A stretch of 62,246 nucleotides of DNA from Gammaproteobacteria bacterium (lineage in GTDB: Bacteria; Pseudomonadota; Gammaproteobacteria; GCA-001735895): positions 1 to 62,246 of the forward strand of contig JAOTTY010000001.1 of assembly GCA_029864185.1 (NCBI GenBank), in the 5' to 3' direction. Of this stretch, positions 9,435-19,325 are shown piece after piece. The notes below the pieces were generated by a model. It was not told where the DNA came from and searched no databases. It saw only the letters and a list, made by a program, of their open reading frames with translations. Both the position numbers and the translations under genes were made by a program. The first letter of the stretch is position 1. Each line of letters starts with the position of its first letter.

Positions 9435-10690
9435 ATACCGTAAATACATCCGCAGTCAAGACTTCCGACAATCCCGGCTGGCTGGGCAACTTTGCCAAGA
9501 GCCAGTTGTTAAAACGCTTGCAGCAATTGCCGCGCGGTTACCTGTTGATCGAAGATGGCGATGATTTGTTCAGCTTCGGCGATCCCGAGAATCATGCCGG
9601 AATCAAGGCCAAGATAGTCATCAAGGATACGAGCGCCTACCGTGATATTGCATTCGGTGGTTCGATCGGCGGGGCGGAGGCCTACATGCTCGACAAGTGG
9701 ACTACGCCGAACCTGGTCGAAGTGGTGCGCCTGATGTCGATCAATATCGATTTTCTGAACGAGATGGACGATGCCAAGCCGTTGCTGCAGCGTATCGGCG
9801 ATAAGCTGTTCCACTGGCTGAACCGCAATACCGAAAAGCAGGCGCGGCAGAATATCGCGAGCCATTACGATTTGAGCAATGATTTCTTCGCGCTGTTCCT
9901 GGACCCGGAAATGATGTACTCGGCGGCGATCTTCCCCCATCCCGATGCCGACCTCGACGAAGCCGCAATCCATAAGCTGGACGTCATTTGCCGTAAGCTC
10001 GATCTGCAACCCGGCGACCACCTGCTCGAAATCGGCACCGGCTGGGGCGGACTCGCCATATACGCGGCGAAGCACTACGGCTGCAGAGTGACGACGACGA
10101 CCATATCGAAGGAACAGTTCGACACAGCGCGCGATCGCGTCCAGGCCGAGAGGCTGGAGCAACAGGTAGAGGTGCTGTTCGAGGATTACCGTAACCTGAC
10201 GGGCCGTTTCGACAAGCTGGTTTCGATCGAAATGATCGAGGCGGTGGGGCACGAGTACTACAAACAGTATTTCAGCGGCTGCGCTGCCCTGTTGAAAGAC
10301 GACGGGCTCATGCTGCTGCAGGCGATTACGGTTCCGGACCAGCGTTTCGAATATGCCCAGAAATCGGTCGATTTCATCCAGCGATACATTTTCCCTGGCG
10401 GTTCGTTGCCGAGCCACGAAGCGATCCTCTCGTCGGTCAAGAAAAACACCGACATGCTAATGATCGAAATGCAGGAAATTGGCGAGGATTACGCCAGAAC
10501 TATCGAAATCTGGCGCGAACGCTTCATGTCGAAACTCGACCAGGTCAGGGCGCTGGGATTCGACGACTACTTCATTCGCATGTGGAATTACTACCTTTGT
10601 TATTGCCAGGGTGGTTTCGAAGAACGTGTCATCGGTACGTCGCAAATGCTGTTCGCAAAGCCTGACTGGCGCAAGACCAGCTGTTCCTGA
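9431..10690 (+). CDS. cfa: cyclopropane-fatty-acyl-phospholipid synthase family methyltransferase
   Basis: SAM motif LLEIGTGWGGLAIYAA. C-terminal YYLCYCQGGFEER. Confidence 0.9.
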   Translation: MNTVNTSAVKTSDNPGWLGNFAKSQLLKRLQQLPRGYLLIEDGDDLFSFGDPENHAGIKAKIVIKDTSAYRDIAFGGSIGGAEAYMLDKWTTPNLVEVVRLMSINIDFLNEMDDAKPLLQRIGDKLFHWLNRNTEKQARQNIASHYDLSNDFFALFLDPEMMYSAAIFPHPDADLDEAAIHKLDVICRKLDLQPGDHLLEIGTGWGGLAIYAAKHYGCRVTTTTISKEQFDTARDRVQAERLEQQVEVLFEDYRNLTGRFDKLVSIEMIEAVGHEYYKQYFSGCAALLKDDGLMLLQAITVPDQRFEYAQKSVDFIQRYIFPGGSLPSHEAILSSVKKNTDMLMIEMQEIGEDYARTIEIWRERFMSKLDQVRALGFDDYFIRMWNYYLCYCQGGFEERVIGTSQMLFAKPDWRKTSCS

Positions 10691-10708
10691 TCGCGCGCAA
10701 ATCCTGCG

Positions 10709-11203
10709 ATGAAAAAAAATCTGATAAACCTGGCCCTGTTCCAGGTCGGCTGGCTAGTCTGCGTTATCGGCGGCAATATCTATGCCGTTGTATTCACCGC
10801 GGCCGCGCTGATTCTGCATGGCTGGCTGGTACTTAGCAGCCAGGCAGAGTGGAAGCTCATCGGGCTCGTGGCTGTAATTGGTAGTCTCTGGGACATTGCA
10901 ATGGCCAATACCGGTGTTATCAGTTACGGCGACGCGACCCTGCTGGGAATTCCGCCGTGGCTGGTGTGCCTGTGGCTGTTGTTCGCGACCACGTTCATGC
11001 ATGGATTATTCTGGTTGAAGCGATACCTCTGGCTTGCCGTCATCTTCGCCGCGGTGATGGGACCGGCAAGCTACTGGGCCGGCACCAATCTTACGGAGGC
11101 CCGGCTGGGCGTGCCGATAATAACCTCGCTTGCGATCATGGCGGCTGGTTGGGCGGTGCTTTTTCCATGCGGTATTTACTATGCGGGAAGATTGAAAACA
11201 TGA
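10709..11203 (+). CDS. small polytopic membrane protein (DUF2878-like)
   Basis: 164 aa with four or five hydrophobic helices, located downstream of cfa. Confidence 0.6.
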   Translation: MKKNLINLALFQVGWLVCVIGGNIYAVVFTAAALILHGWLVLSSQAEWKLIGLVAVIGSLWDIAMANTGVISYGDATLLGIPPWLVCLWLLFATTFMHGLFWLKRYLWLAVIFAAVMGPASYWAGTNLTEARLGVPIITSLAIMAAGWAVLFPCGIYYAGRLKT

Positions 11204-12021
11204 CTTACATTAACCTTAGCAAGAATGTCGTGCTGCTGTTGTTGGCGAGCGCCGGGTTGACGGCTGGCGCCAGTGAGGCCAGCGACACTGTCCAGACGAT
11301 AGGCGAAGCCTACGATCTGAAAAGCGACAAGCTCCTCTATCGTGAAACGCATTGTGTCGACGAAGGCAGTAATGCGCGTAAAGTTGTTTACCAAAGTGAA
11401 GCAGGCGATTTGATCGCACGCAAAGCACTCGATTACAACAGCGGTCGTACGACACCGTCATTCGTACAGCAAAACCTTTATTCTGATGAGAGGATCGAGG
11501 TCAGCCTGAAACAGGGCAAGGTCACGATGTCGGTGTTCGATGCCGAAAATGCCGAACCGAAAAAAAGTACTTCCACCGAGCCGGATGGCAGGATACCGGT
11601 GGTAATCGATGCCGGCTTCGACGAGTTTGTCAGGGAGAACTGGGACGGCCTGGTCGCGGGCCAGACGAGGAGATTCATGTTCCCGTTCGCGGCGCGTTCC
11701 AGCCTGATGGAATTGCGCATCATGGCGACTGCCTGTAGCTACGAAACCACAACTGATCAATGCTTCAGGCTGGAGTTGTCGAACTGGTTTCTGCGCATGG
11801 TCGCGGACCCGATAGAGCTCGGCTATGACGGCGGGCTGCGTCGACTGACCCGGTACCGCGGATTGTCGAATATCGGTGACGAAAACGGGAACGGCCTGGT
11901 GGTCGACATCAAGTATGATTACCAGAATATCCCGGAAATTGCCTGTCGCCTCGATCAGCAGACTTCATCCGTCGAATCCCATGATCTCGATGTCTCGATG
12001 CTCAATGTCGAATCCCGATGA
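11200..12021 (+). CDS. exported protein of unknown function
   Basis: The start is moved to ATG 11200 (ATGA overlap with the upstream stop). This gives the signal peptide MTYINLSKNVVLLLLASAGLTAGASEA. Confidence 0.65.
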   Translation: MTYINLSKNVVLLLLASAGLTAGASEASDTVQTIGEAYDLKSDKLLYRETHCVDEGSNARKVVYQSEAGDLIARKALDYNSGRTTPSFVQQNLYSDERIEVSLKQGKVTMSVFDAENAEPKKSTSTEPDGRIPVVIDAGFDEFVRENWDGLVAGQTRRFMFPFAARSSLMELRIMATACSYETTTDQCFRLELSNWFLRMVADPIELGYDGGLRRLTRYRGLSNIGDENGNGLVVDIKYDYQNIPEIACRLDQQTSSVESHDLDVSMLNVESR

Positions 12022-12551
12022 AGACGTTTACCAAATCAGTATTGATCATCGCTGGCATGATTACGCTCGTTGCCTGTTCGTCTGTTTCTGTCGACGACTA
12101 TGCCGATAACAAACCGAAGCTGGTCGCAGAGGAATTTTTCGATGGCAAGCTTGCCGCACATGGCATTGTCAAGAACCGTGGTGGGCAGGTCATCCGTTAC
12201 TTCAGCGCCACTATCAATGCCTCCTGGAGCGATGGTGTCGGTACGCTTGACGAGCAGTTTGTATTCGATGATGGCGAGCAACAGACCAGGGTCTGGAAAC
12301 TGAAGCCCATGGGAGGTGGCAGCTATATCGCGACCGCGGGAGATGTGATTGGCGAAGGCTCGATGAAGGTCGCCGGCAACAGTGTTTTCCTGGATTACGT
12401 GCTGCGTATCCCCTACGGTGAGAGCACTATTGATCTGCACATCGATGATCGCATGTACCTGGTAACCGAGCGCATTTTGCTGAACGAGTCGATTATGACC
12501 AAGTTCGGCTTCGAGGTCGGCGAGATTACCCTCGTTATCGAAAAAATCTAG
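12018..12551 (+). CDS. lipoprotein, DUF3833-like
   Basis: Lipobox MITLVAC-SS. There is a 4-nt overlap with the upstream gene. It is the last gene of the operon. Confidence 0.65.
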   Translation: MKTFTKSVLIIAGMITLVACSSVSVDDYADNKPKLVAEEFFDGKLAAHGIVKNRGGQVIRYFSATINASWSDGVGTLDEQFVFDDGEQQTRVWKLKPMGGGSYIATAGDVIGEGSMKVAGNSVFLDYVLRIPYGESTIDLHIDDRMYLVTERILLNESIMTKFGFEVGEITLVIEKI

Positions 12552-12555
12552 CTCG

Positions 12556-14724
12556 CTACTCGCGCGGCGGCAACCCGGTGTGCTGTGTAAGCAACCGGCC
12601 CTGGCCCGGGCGTTTCTGCCGGTTGCTGTTCTTGCGCCGCGGGCTCTTGTAATCGGACCTGTCGCGCGGCTGGGACGCCGGCACCAGTTGCTGTTTACCG
12701 TTTCCGATCAGGTCTTCGCGTCCCATCACCTTTAGCGCCTCGCGCAGCAATGGCCAGTTTGCCGGGTCGTGGTAGCGCAGAAACGCCTTGTGCAGCCGGC
12801 GTTGCCTTTCACCTTTGGCGGTATCGACCGTTTCGCTATCGCGGCGCACCCGCTTGAGCGGGTTCTTGCCGCTGTGATACATCGCGGTCGCGGTCGCCAT
12901 TGGCGACGGGTAGAAATTCTGCACCTGGTCAGCGCGAAATCCGTTCTGCTTCAGCCAGATCGCGAGATTCATCATGTCTTCGTCGGTGGTACCCGGATGC
13001 GCGGCGATAAAGTAGGGAATCAGGTACTGCTTCTTGCCGGCCTTGCGCGAGTATTTCTCGAACAGTGCCTTGAAGCGATCATAGCTGCCCATGCCCGGTT
13101 TCATCATCTTCGATAACGGGCCCTGCTCGGTATGCTCGGGCGCAATCTTGAGGTAGCCACCAACGTGATGGCTGACCAGTTCTTCGACGTAAGCGGGCGA
13201 TTCGACCGCAAGGTCATAGCGCAAACCCGAGCTGATCAGGACTTTCTTCACGCCATCGGTGTTGCGCGCGTTACGATACAACTCGATCAACGCCGAATGA
13301 TCGGTGTTCAGGTTTTCGCAAATTCCCGGGTACACGCAAGAAGGGCGTCGGCACGCGGTTTCGATGGCCTTAGACTTGCAGGCGATGCGGTACATGTTCG
13401 CGGTCGGCCCGCCGAGATCCGATATGACGCCGGTGAAACCTGGCACCCGGTCGCGAATGGTCTCGATCTCGCGCAGGATCGAAGCCTGCGAGCGGTTCTG
13501 AATGATGCGTCCCTCGTGCTCGGTAATCGAGCAAAAGGTGCAGCCACCAAAACAGCCGCGCATGATGTTGATCGAAAAGCGGATCATTTCGTAGGCCGGG
13601 ATGCGGGCACCGCCGTAGGCGGGGTGCGGTATGCGCGCGTAGTCGAAGCCGAACACGTAATCCATTTCCTCGGTGGTCAGCGGGATTGGTGGCGGGTTGA
13701 GCCAGATCTTTTTCCCACCCTGGTTTTGTACCAGCGCGCGCGCGTTACCCGGGTTGGTTTCGAGATGCAGCACACGGCTTGCATGCGCGTAGAGAACCGG
13801 GTCGCGGCTGACGTCGTTGAACGACGGCAGGCGCACCACGGTGTTGAGACGCTGCGCCAGTTTTTGCTGCACCCTGGCGAGCTTGCCGTCGAGCCGAATA
13901 TCGGCGCTCGGCGCCTGGTCGTTGTCGGGACTCGCAGCGCAGACCGTTTCGTCGATGATCGCGTAAGGGCTTAGCGGTTTTTCGACGCGGCCGGGCTTGT
14001 CGACGTTGGTCGAATCGATAACGGTCCAGTCGGCTGGCAGATCCTTGATGAAAAACGCGCTGCCGCGGACATCGGTGATTTGATCCACGGCTTCACCGCT
14101 GGCCAGGCGATGCGCGATTTCGACCAGCGCGCGCTCGGCGTTGCCGTACAGCAGCAGGTCTGCCTTCGCATCGGCCAGGATCGAACGCCGCACCTTGTCC
14201 TGCCAGTAATCGTAATGCGCGATGCGGCGCAGCGAGGCCTCGATACCGCCGATGATGACAGGGACGTCTTTATAGGCCTCGCGGCAGCGCTGCGAGTAAA
14301 CGATCGAACAGCGGTCGGGGCGTTTACCGCCTATATCATCAGGTGAATAGGCGTCGTCGCTGCGGATCTTTCGATCGGCGGTATAGCGGTTGATCATCGA
14401 ATCCATGTTGCCAGCGGTGACGCCGAAGAACAGATTGGGTTTACCCAGCACTCTGAATGGGTCGGCCGAGTGCCAATCGGGCTGAGCGATGATGCCGACG
14501 CGAAATCCCTGTGCCTCGAGCAGCCTCCCGACGATCGCCATACCGAAACTCGGGTGGTCGACGTAGGCGTCGCCGGTGACGACGATGATGTCGCAGCTGT
14601 CCCAGCCGAGCAGCTCCATTTCGGCGCGCGACATCGGCAGGAACGGAGCCGTGCCAAAGCATTCCGCCCAGTAAAGCGGATACTGGTTCAATGGCCTGGC
14701 TTTTGCTGACAGTTCGATTTGCAT
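12556..14724 (-). CDS. ygiQ: YgiQ-family radical SAM protein (UPF0313)
   Basis: Radical-SAM cluster motif CFGGCTFCS, a long N-terminal YgiQ-type domain and a basic C-terminal tail. Confidence 0.88.
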   Translation of the reverse strand: MQIELSAKARPLNQYPLYWAECFGTAPFLPMSRAEMELLGWDSCDIIVVTGDAYVDHPSFGMAIVGRLLEAQGFRVGIIAQPDWHSADPFRVLGKPNLFFGVTAGNMDSMINRYTADRKIRSDDAYSPDDIGGKRPDRCSIVYSQRCREAYKDVPVIIGGIEASLRRIAHYDYWQDKVRRSILADAKADLLLYGNAERALVEIAHRLASGEAVDQITDVRGSAFFIKDLPADWTVIDSTNVDKPGRVEKPLSPYAIIDETVCAASPDNDQAPSADIRLDGKLARVQQKLAQRLNTVVRLPSFNDVSRDPVLYAHASRVLHLETNPGNARALVQNQGGKKIWLNPPPIPLTTEEMDYVFGFDYARIPHPAYGGARIPAYEMIRFSINIMRGCFGGCTFCSITEHEGRIIQNRSQASILREIETIRDRVPGFTGVISDLGGPTANMYRIACKSKAIETACRRPSCVYPGICENLNTDHSALIELYRNARNTDGVKKVLISSGLRYDLAVESPAYVEELVSHHVGGYLKIAPEHTEQGPLSKMMKPGMGSYDRFKALFEKYSRKAGKKQYLIPYFIAAHPGTTDEDMMNLAIWLKQNGFRADQVQNFYPSPMATATAMYHSGKNPLKRVRRDSETVDTAKGERQRRLHKAFLRYHDPANWPLLREALKVMGREDLIGNGKQQLVPASQPRDRSDYKSPRRKNSNRQKRPGQGRLLTQHTGLPPRE

Positions 14725-14857
14725 GGCGGATTCCGGTAGGGGCGCGATTCTACCCGATATCGCCAGTTATTGTTCGGGATTCTGTGCGCGGTGCAGATGG
14801 CTTGATGATCGGCTCAGGTGCTCGAGTTCAGCCCCTTATTCAGGGTATACGGTATAC

Positions 14858-14911
14858 GGGGACAGTTTACTTATATCGCGCAAAATGGATTGAATTAAGT
14901 AAACTGTCCCC
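14858..14911. repeat. palindromic intergenic element, copy A
   Basis: Arms GGGGACAGTTTACTTA (14858-14873) and TAAGTAAACTGTCCCC (14896-14911), with the 22-nt spacer TATCGCGCAAAATGGATTGAAT. Confidence 0.9.
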
Positions 14912-14967
14912 TTAAATCCAACGTGAAAAATGGACCGTGGTCTTCGATCAGCGCTTACCCTGTGATT

Positions 14968-16011
14968 CTAGAATTTATTATTTTCTACCAGGGTCTGTAG
15001 CCGGTCGGCGAAATCGTCGGGATTCGCCCGGTAGATTTCGAGCATCTGACTGGCCAGCGCGCTCCAGTGGGCTTCGCTCGCAGATACCAGTTCAGCGATG
15101 GCTGCGCGCCTGCCCTGCGATACCCAGGTTTCGTAACCGTGCATGATCGCGGGAAACAGGTACTTTCGCGTGTTCGTCAGATTCGCAAAAAAGAAATGCA
15201 ATGAGGCGTCGCTCCCGCTGGCGAGCAGGCCGGGAAGCGTCGTCAGCGAGTCGGCCAGCAGATCACGTACTGCGCGGATCATGATCTCGGACTTCGACCG
15301 TGGCAGACTGGCGAGCATCTGTTCCCATTCCGGCCCCAGTAATTTTCCCGCGAGTACCTCTCCCTTCTCGTGCAACAGAACGGAGTCGAACAGCATATCG
15401 GTCATATGACCCAGCGCGGTCTCGGTATTGCTTGCGAAATCAAAGTCCCGAATCGCTCGCCCCATGGCATTGTCCTTTTTGTGCCAGCGCCATTCCTCGA
15501 TCTTTTCCCAGATCATCCGCCGCAGCGACTCGCGCCGAACAAAGATCGTGTTGTCCAGTGCCATTGCCGGCGGGGCTGTCAGGTCGCGTGCATATTCGTT
15601 TTCCGAGACGAAGACCGTAAATTCCGGTTGCCTCTCCTGATGATCGAGCCGACCCAGAAAAAAATGCGGCGTGCACTGGTTGCCGAGCCCGCCGCTGTAA
15701 ACCAGGCCGTGCGGATTAAGCGCCGCGTTTACCGCCTCGTTATCGAATGGGTCGAAACAGTTGCCGTCAACCGGCAGCGTGGTAAAGGACTCGTCTTCGA
15801 TGGTTTGCCAGAAGTTCTCCCGCTCCCTGAGCCAGTCACCGACATCGCCCTCGGGAAGCTTGTCCTGAAAGGCGTAGCCCTTTTCCCAGCGAAAGTACTC
15901 GCGCATTTTCAGCAGGTAGACGCACAGGGTATAGTCTCCGGCGTAGCGCGCATCGGCAATATGGCAATTGCGCTGGACGGCTGTCAGAAGTGGCTGCAAA
16001 TTGTCATGCAT
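14968..16011 (-). CDS. conserved-looking hypothetical protein, no domain recognised
   Basis: A 347-aa ORF with codon bias like its neighbours. I could identify no motif. Confidence 0.7.
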   Translation of the reverse strand: MHDNLQPLLTAVQRNCHIADARYAGDYTLCVYLLKMREYFRWEKGYAFQDKLPEGDVGDWLRERENFWQTIEDESFTTLPVDGNCFDPFDNEAVNAALNPHGLVYSGGLGNQCTPHFFLGRLDHQERQPEFTVFVSENEYARDLTAPPAMALDNTIFVRRESLRRMIWEKIEEWRWHKKDNAMGRAIRDFDFASNTETALGHMTDMLFDSVLLHEKGEVLAGKLLGPEWEQMLASLPRSKSEIMIRAVRDLLADSLTTLPGLLASGSDASLHFFFANLTNTRKYLFPAIMHGYETWVSQGRRAAIAELVSASEAHWSALASQMLEIYRANPDDFADRLQTLVENNKF

Positions 16012-16125
16012 CGATTCAATTAGCGGTGGATATATATTCTTCGGAGTTTCTTCCCCGTTACGATCCTACCACGTGGCGCGACAACACTACCAGGCAGGGA
16101 TTTTTTTAGGACAAACTTACAATAC

Positions 16126-16179
16126 GGGGACAGTTTACCCATATCGCAGAAAATGGATTGAACCAAGTAAACTGTCGCC
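16126..16179. repeat. palindromic intergenic element, copy B (degenerate)
   Basis: GGGGACAGTTTACCC...ATATCGCAGAAAATGGATTGAA...CAAGTAAACTGTCGCC. It is collinear with copy A, spacer included, and in the same orientation. Confidence 0.85.
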
Positions 16180-16184
16180 GGATT

Positions 16185-16910
16185 TCAGCTCACCAGGTTG
16201 AACAGCGAAAGCGCCAGCAGCGTCGCGATCGCGGCACGGCGAAACAGCTTTTCGCTGGATTTGCGGAATCCGTGCGAACCCATCCAGGTGCCCAGAAGGT
16301 AGGTGGCCGCGCCCGGCAACGCGGTGATCACGTCATCGACGCCGGTGGTGCCGCTGACTGCGGATATCAGCGCGAAGCCCAGCACCGTGAAAAACGACCA
16401 GGAAATGATCAGCGTTCGCCCCTCATCCTTGTCGTAGGGACCGAGCAGGATAAAGACGACTGCCACCAGCGCGATATAGGTGCCGCCGAAAACAACACCA
16501 GCGCAGATGCCGACGAAAACCAGCCAGCTCCGGGTCATCGGGTGCCGGTAGCGAAATCCGACCAGCATCATCACGCAGGCGGCCGCGATGATCATCGCTA
16601 TCGCGCGTTTCATCCACACGGGATCGAGTTCGATGAGCAGCCAGTGACCAAGGGGCATGAACACCAGCGTCGGCACCAGCATGGTAATTGTTGCACGCCA
16701 GTCGATCTGCCGATAACAGAGCTTGAACAGGTAGAGGCTCGCGAAAAAATCGACCACGAGTATTTTCGATACGATACTGACCGGGGTAAAGAACAGGGTC
16801 AGAATCGCGAGCATGAATGCCGGGCCGCCGAAACCGGTGAAGCCCCGGATCAGCCCGGCGCCGAAGGCGACCAGTGCGACAACCAGTATACCTGGTTCGT
16901 CACCAGTCAA
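16185..16910 (-). CDS. TauE/SafE-family membrane transporter
   Basis: Polytopic, with FGAGLIRGFTGFGGPAFMLAIL near the N-terminus. Its start overlaps the upstream gene by 11 nt. Confidence 0.6.
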   Translation of the reverse strand: MTGDEPGILVVALVAFGAGLIRGFTGFGGPAFMLAILTLFFTPVSIVSKILVVDFFASLYLFKLCYRQIDWRATITMLVPTLVFMPLGHWLLIELDPVWMKRAIAMIIAAACVMMLVGFRYRHPMTRSWLVFVGICAGVVFGGTYIALVAVVFILLGPYDKDEGRTLIISWSFFTVLGFALISAVSGTTGVDDVITALPGAATYLLGTWMGSHGFRKSSEKLFRRAAIATLLALSLFNLVS

Positions 16911-18264
16911 AATAATCTCGCAGCCGGTAAACGCTCAAACCGACACGGAGGTACTGCCGGCGCAATCCGGCCAGCGGAAATCTTGGCGGCCTGCCGCGTA
17001 CGATGGCGGGCAGGTGTCCTGGCAGAATACTATTGCCCGATTCTTTTCCGGCCAGCCATTTAGCCAGCTCGCGGCCGCTCCAGGTCGCACTGTTGACGCC
17101 GTTGCCATGGTAGCCGTAGGCGAAGTAAATCGATCTGTCCTCGGGCATGCGGCCGATCGAGGGCCGCAGGTTCATCGCGAAACAGACCAGCCCGCGCCAC
17201 TGGTGGGTGTATTCGAGATCGGCGAACTGCGGCCACATGCAGGCGATCGACCGTTTCATTCCGGCATATGTTTTCTCGGCGCCTGCCGGAGCTCCGCTAT
17301 GATCGGCGCGTGCTCCGAGCAGGAAGCGCCTGTCGCTGAGCAGGCGGTAGTAGAAAAACATGTGTTTCGAGTTGATGATCGGACTCTCGGTGTGCCAGCC
17401 CTTTTGCCGCAGCTCGTCATCGCTCATCGGCCTGGTGACGACGATCGCGCTTTGCAACGGCAGCGGCCGGCCCTGCACGCCGCGGTGCAGGTGCTCGGGC
17501 ATGAAGCCGTTACCGGTCAGGATCACCTGTTTCGCGGTCAGGCTGCCGCCTGCGGTTTCGAGACGATGGCTATCGCCGTCTTTATGCCAGCGAATGACCT
17601 CGCTACGCGGATGAATTCTCGCACCACGCCGTTCCGCGGCTGCGGCAAGACCCTGTGCGTAGCGCAGCGGGTGCAGCGCGAAAGAGGGTCTGAGCGCCAT
17701 CGCGCCGTGCTGATGCGGTGAGTCGTAACCGATCTCGCGAAATTCATCCTGGCCATGGATGGTGACATCGAGGCCCAGTAGCGTGCGTTTCATGTCGGCG
17801 CTTTTCTGCATTTTGGCGAAATGCGCATCGCTGTCGGCGACGACGAATTCGCAATCGCCCTGCGCGAGAAAATCGATGCCTTCGTCCTCGCCGATCCGGC
17901 GCACCAGGTTGACCGCATCGGCCTGGCTCTGGTGAAACTGCCGGGTCTGCTCGACGCCGAATTTTCTGAGCTGCGCCTCGAGCGAGACCTTGGTCATGCC
18001 CATCGTGCAAAAGCCGCCGTTGCGACCGGAAGCGCCCCAGCCGATGTGACCCGCTTCCAGCAGGCAGACATCGATGTCGTAATCACGCGCGAGGTGCAGC
18101 GCCGCCGATAGCCCGGTGTAGCCACCGCCGATAATCGCAACGTCGCAGCTTTGCGATTCGACTAGCGGTTCGTTCTTCAGGTTGTTCGCGCCTGCGGTCG
18201 CCTCCCAGTAGGACGGCTGCGGTTTATCGAATTCATACAGGCTTGAATGGAATAGAGGTTTCAT
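16900..18264 (-). CDS. FAD-dependent oxidoreductase (DAO family, PuuB/OrdL-like)
   Basis: VAIIGGGYTGLSAALHLA dinucleotide-binding motif; 454 aa. Confidence 0.85.
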   Translation of the reverse strand: MKPLFHSSLYEFDKPQPSYWEATAGANNLKNEPLVESQSCDVAIIGGGYTGLSAALHLARDYDIDVCLLEAGHIGWGASGRNGGFCTMGMTKVSLEAQLRKFGVEQTRQFHQSQADAVNLVRRIGEDEGIDFLAQGDCEFVVADSDAHFAKMQKSADMKRTLLGLDVTIHGQDEFREIGYDSPHQHGAMALRPSFALHPLRYAQGLAAAAERRGARIHPRSEVIRWHKDGDSHRLETAGGSLTAKQVILTGNGFMPEHLHRGVQGRPLPLQSAIVVTRPMSDDELRQKGWHTESPIINSKHMFFYYRLLSDRRFLLGARADHSGAPAGAEKTYAGMKRSIACMWPQFADLEYTHQWRGLVCFAMNLRPSIGRMPEDRSIYFAYGYHGNGVNSATWSGRELAKWLAGKESGNSILPGHLPAIVRGRPPRFPLAGLRRQYLRVGLSVYRLRDYFDW

Positions 18265-18269
18265 GCTCG

Positions 18270-18524
18270 TCAGGTCTTGTTTTTAAATGCCTGGGTCGCA
18301 ATCACGCCCGCGACCAGTCCCCAGAATGCGGAGCCAATGCCGGAAGCGGTGACTGCGAAGGTGATGAACGCGGCCGCGCGCGCAGTGCTGTCGGCTAGCG
18401 CAGTATAGAGGCTGTTGGCGATCGTGGATAGCCGCGCGAGCCCGACCAGCGCGAACCCGAATCTGGCGCATTGTTTCGCAGCACGAAATGCCAGAATAAC
18501 GCCGCTCGCTTTGGGCCCGCGCAA
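18270..18524 (-). CDS. possible small membrane protein
   Basis: An 84-aa ORF packed between the hutG stop and the oxidoreductase start. It has two hydrophobic segments. The start is uncertain. Confidence 0.35.
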   Translation of the reverse strand: MRGPKASGVILAFRAAKQCARFGFALVGLARLSTIANSLYTALADSTARAAAFITFAVTASGIGSAFWGLVAGVIATQAFKNKT

Positions 18525-18545
18525 AACTTCGAAGGCATTCGGGCT

Positions 18546-19325
18546 CTAATACAGGTACTGGATTTCTGCGAGAACCCGGGCAAGCTGCTGGCGCAGCCCG
18601 GCGGCGAGCGTTTCATCGTAGGACCAGGGTGGCGATTCCTGCATGTAGCGACGCTGTGCCAGCTCCATCTGGATCGCGTGACAGCCCTGTTCAGGAGTGC
18701 CGTAATGGCGGGTGGTCCAGCCGCCCTTGAAGCGGCCGTTGGTCACCGCGGTATATCCGTCGGCGGCAGCGCAGATCTGCTGCACCGCGGCTTCGAGCGA
18801 GGCATCGCAGCTGCTTCCCCCGTTTGTGCCGATATTGAAATCGGGCAGCCTGCCGTCGAATAAGTAGGGCACGAGTGAGCGGATGGAATGGCAATCGTAG
18901 AGAATGACGTAGCCGTGTTTTTGCCGGATACGCTCGAGTTCGTCTCGCAGTGCATCATGGTAGGGCTGGTGATACTGGTGCTGGCGTTGCCGGATCTCGT
19001 CGGTTGAGGGCGCCTGCCCGGGGAGGTATATTTCGGTGCCATCGAAGGTCGTGGTCGGGCACAGGCTGGTGGTATTCTGCCCGGGGTAAAGCGACTGGTC
19101 CGCCGGATCGCGATTCGCGTCGATGACGTAGCGATGGATAGGCGTGCTGACGATACTGACGTCGTCGACCAGGTCCGCGTAGAGCCGGCCGATATGCCAG
19201 TCGGTATCGGCGCGCTCCAGCCCATGACTGTTGAGCCGCGCAAGTATTGCTTCGGGAATGTCGGTGCCGCCGTGCGGTTGCGCCAGCAACAGCGGGCTGT
19301 CGCCGCGAACGATGCCCGGTTTCAT
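18546..19325 (-). CDS. hutG: N-formylglutamate amidohydrolase
   Basis: [11 protein letters not shown] motif, 259 aa, with a 4-nt overlap with hutH. Confidence 0.85.
   Translation of the reverse strand: MKPGIVRGDSPLLLAQPHGGTDIPEAILARLNSHGLERADTDWHIGRLYADLVDDVSIVSTPIHRYVIDANRDPADQSLYPGQNTTSLCPTTTFDGTEIYLPGQAPSTDEIRQRQHQYHQPYHDALRDELERIRQKHGYVILYDCHSIRSLVPYLFDGRLPDFNIGTNGGSSCDASLEAAVQQICAAADGYTAVTNGRFKGGWTTRHYGTPEQGCHAIQMELAQRRYMQESPPWSYDETLAAGLRQQLARVLAEIQYLY

Noticed and set aside
14858-16179. Idea that the two elements flanking the 347-aa gene are integron attC sites, making it a gene cassette
   Set aside because: The arms lack the attC core and inverse-core (GTTRRRY / RYYYAAC); GTTTAC does not fit. 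There are no extrahelical-base asymmetries that I can see, and no intI or attI nearby. The same element also occurs at loci that are clearly not cassettes.
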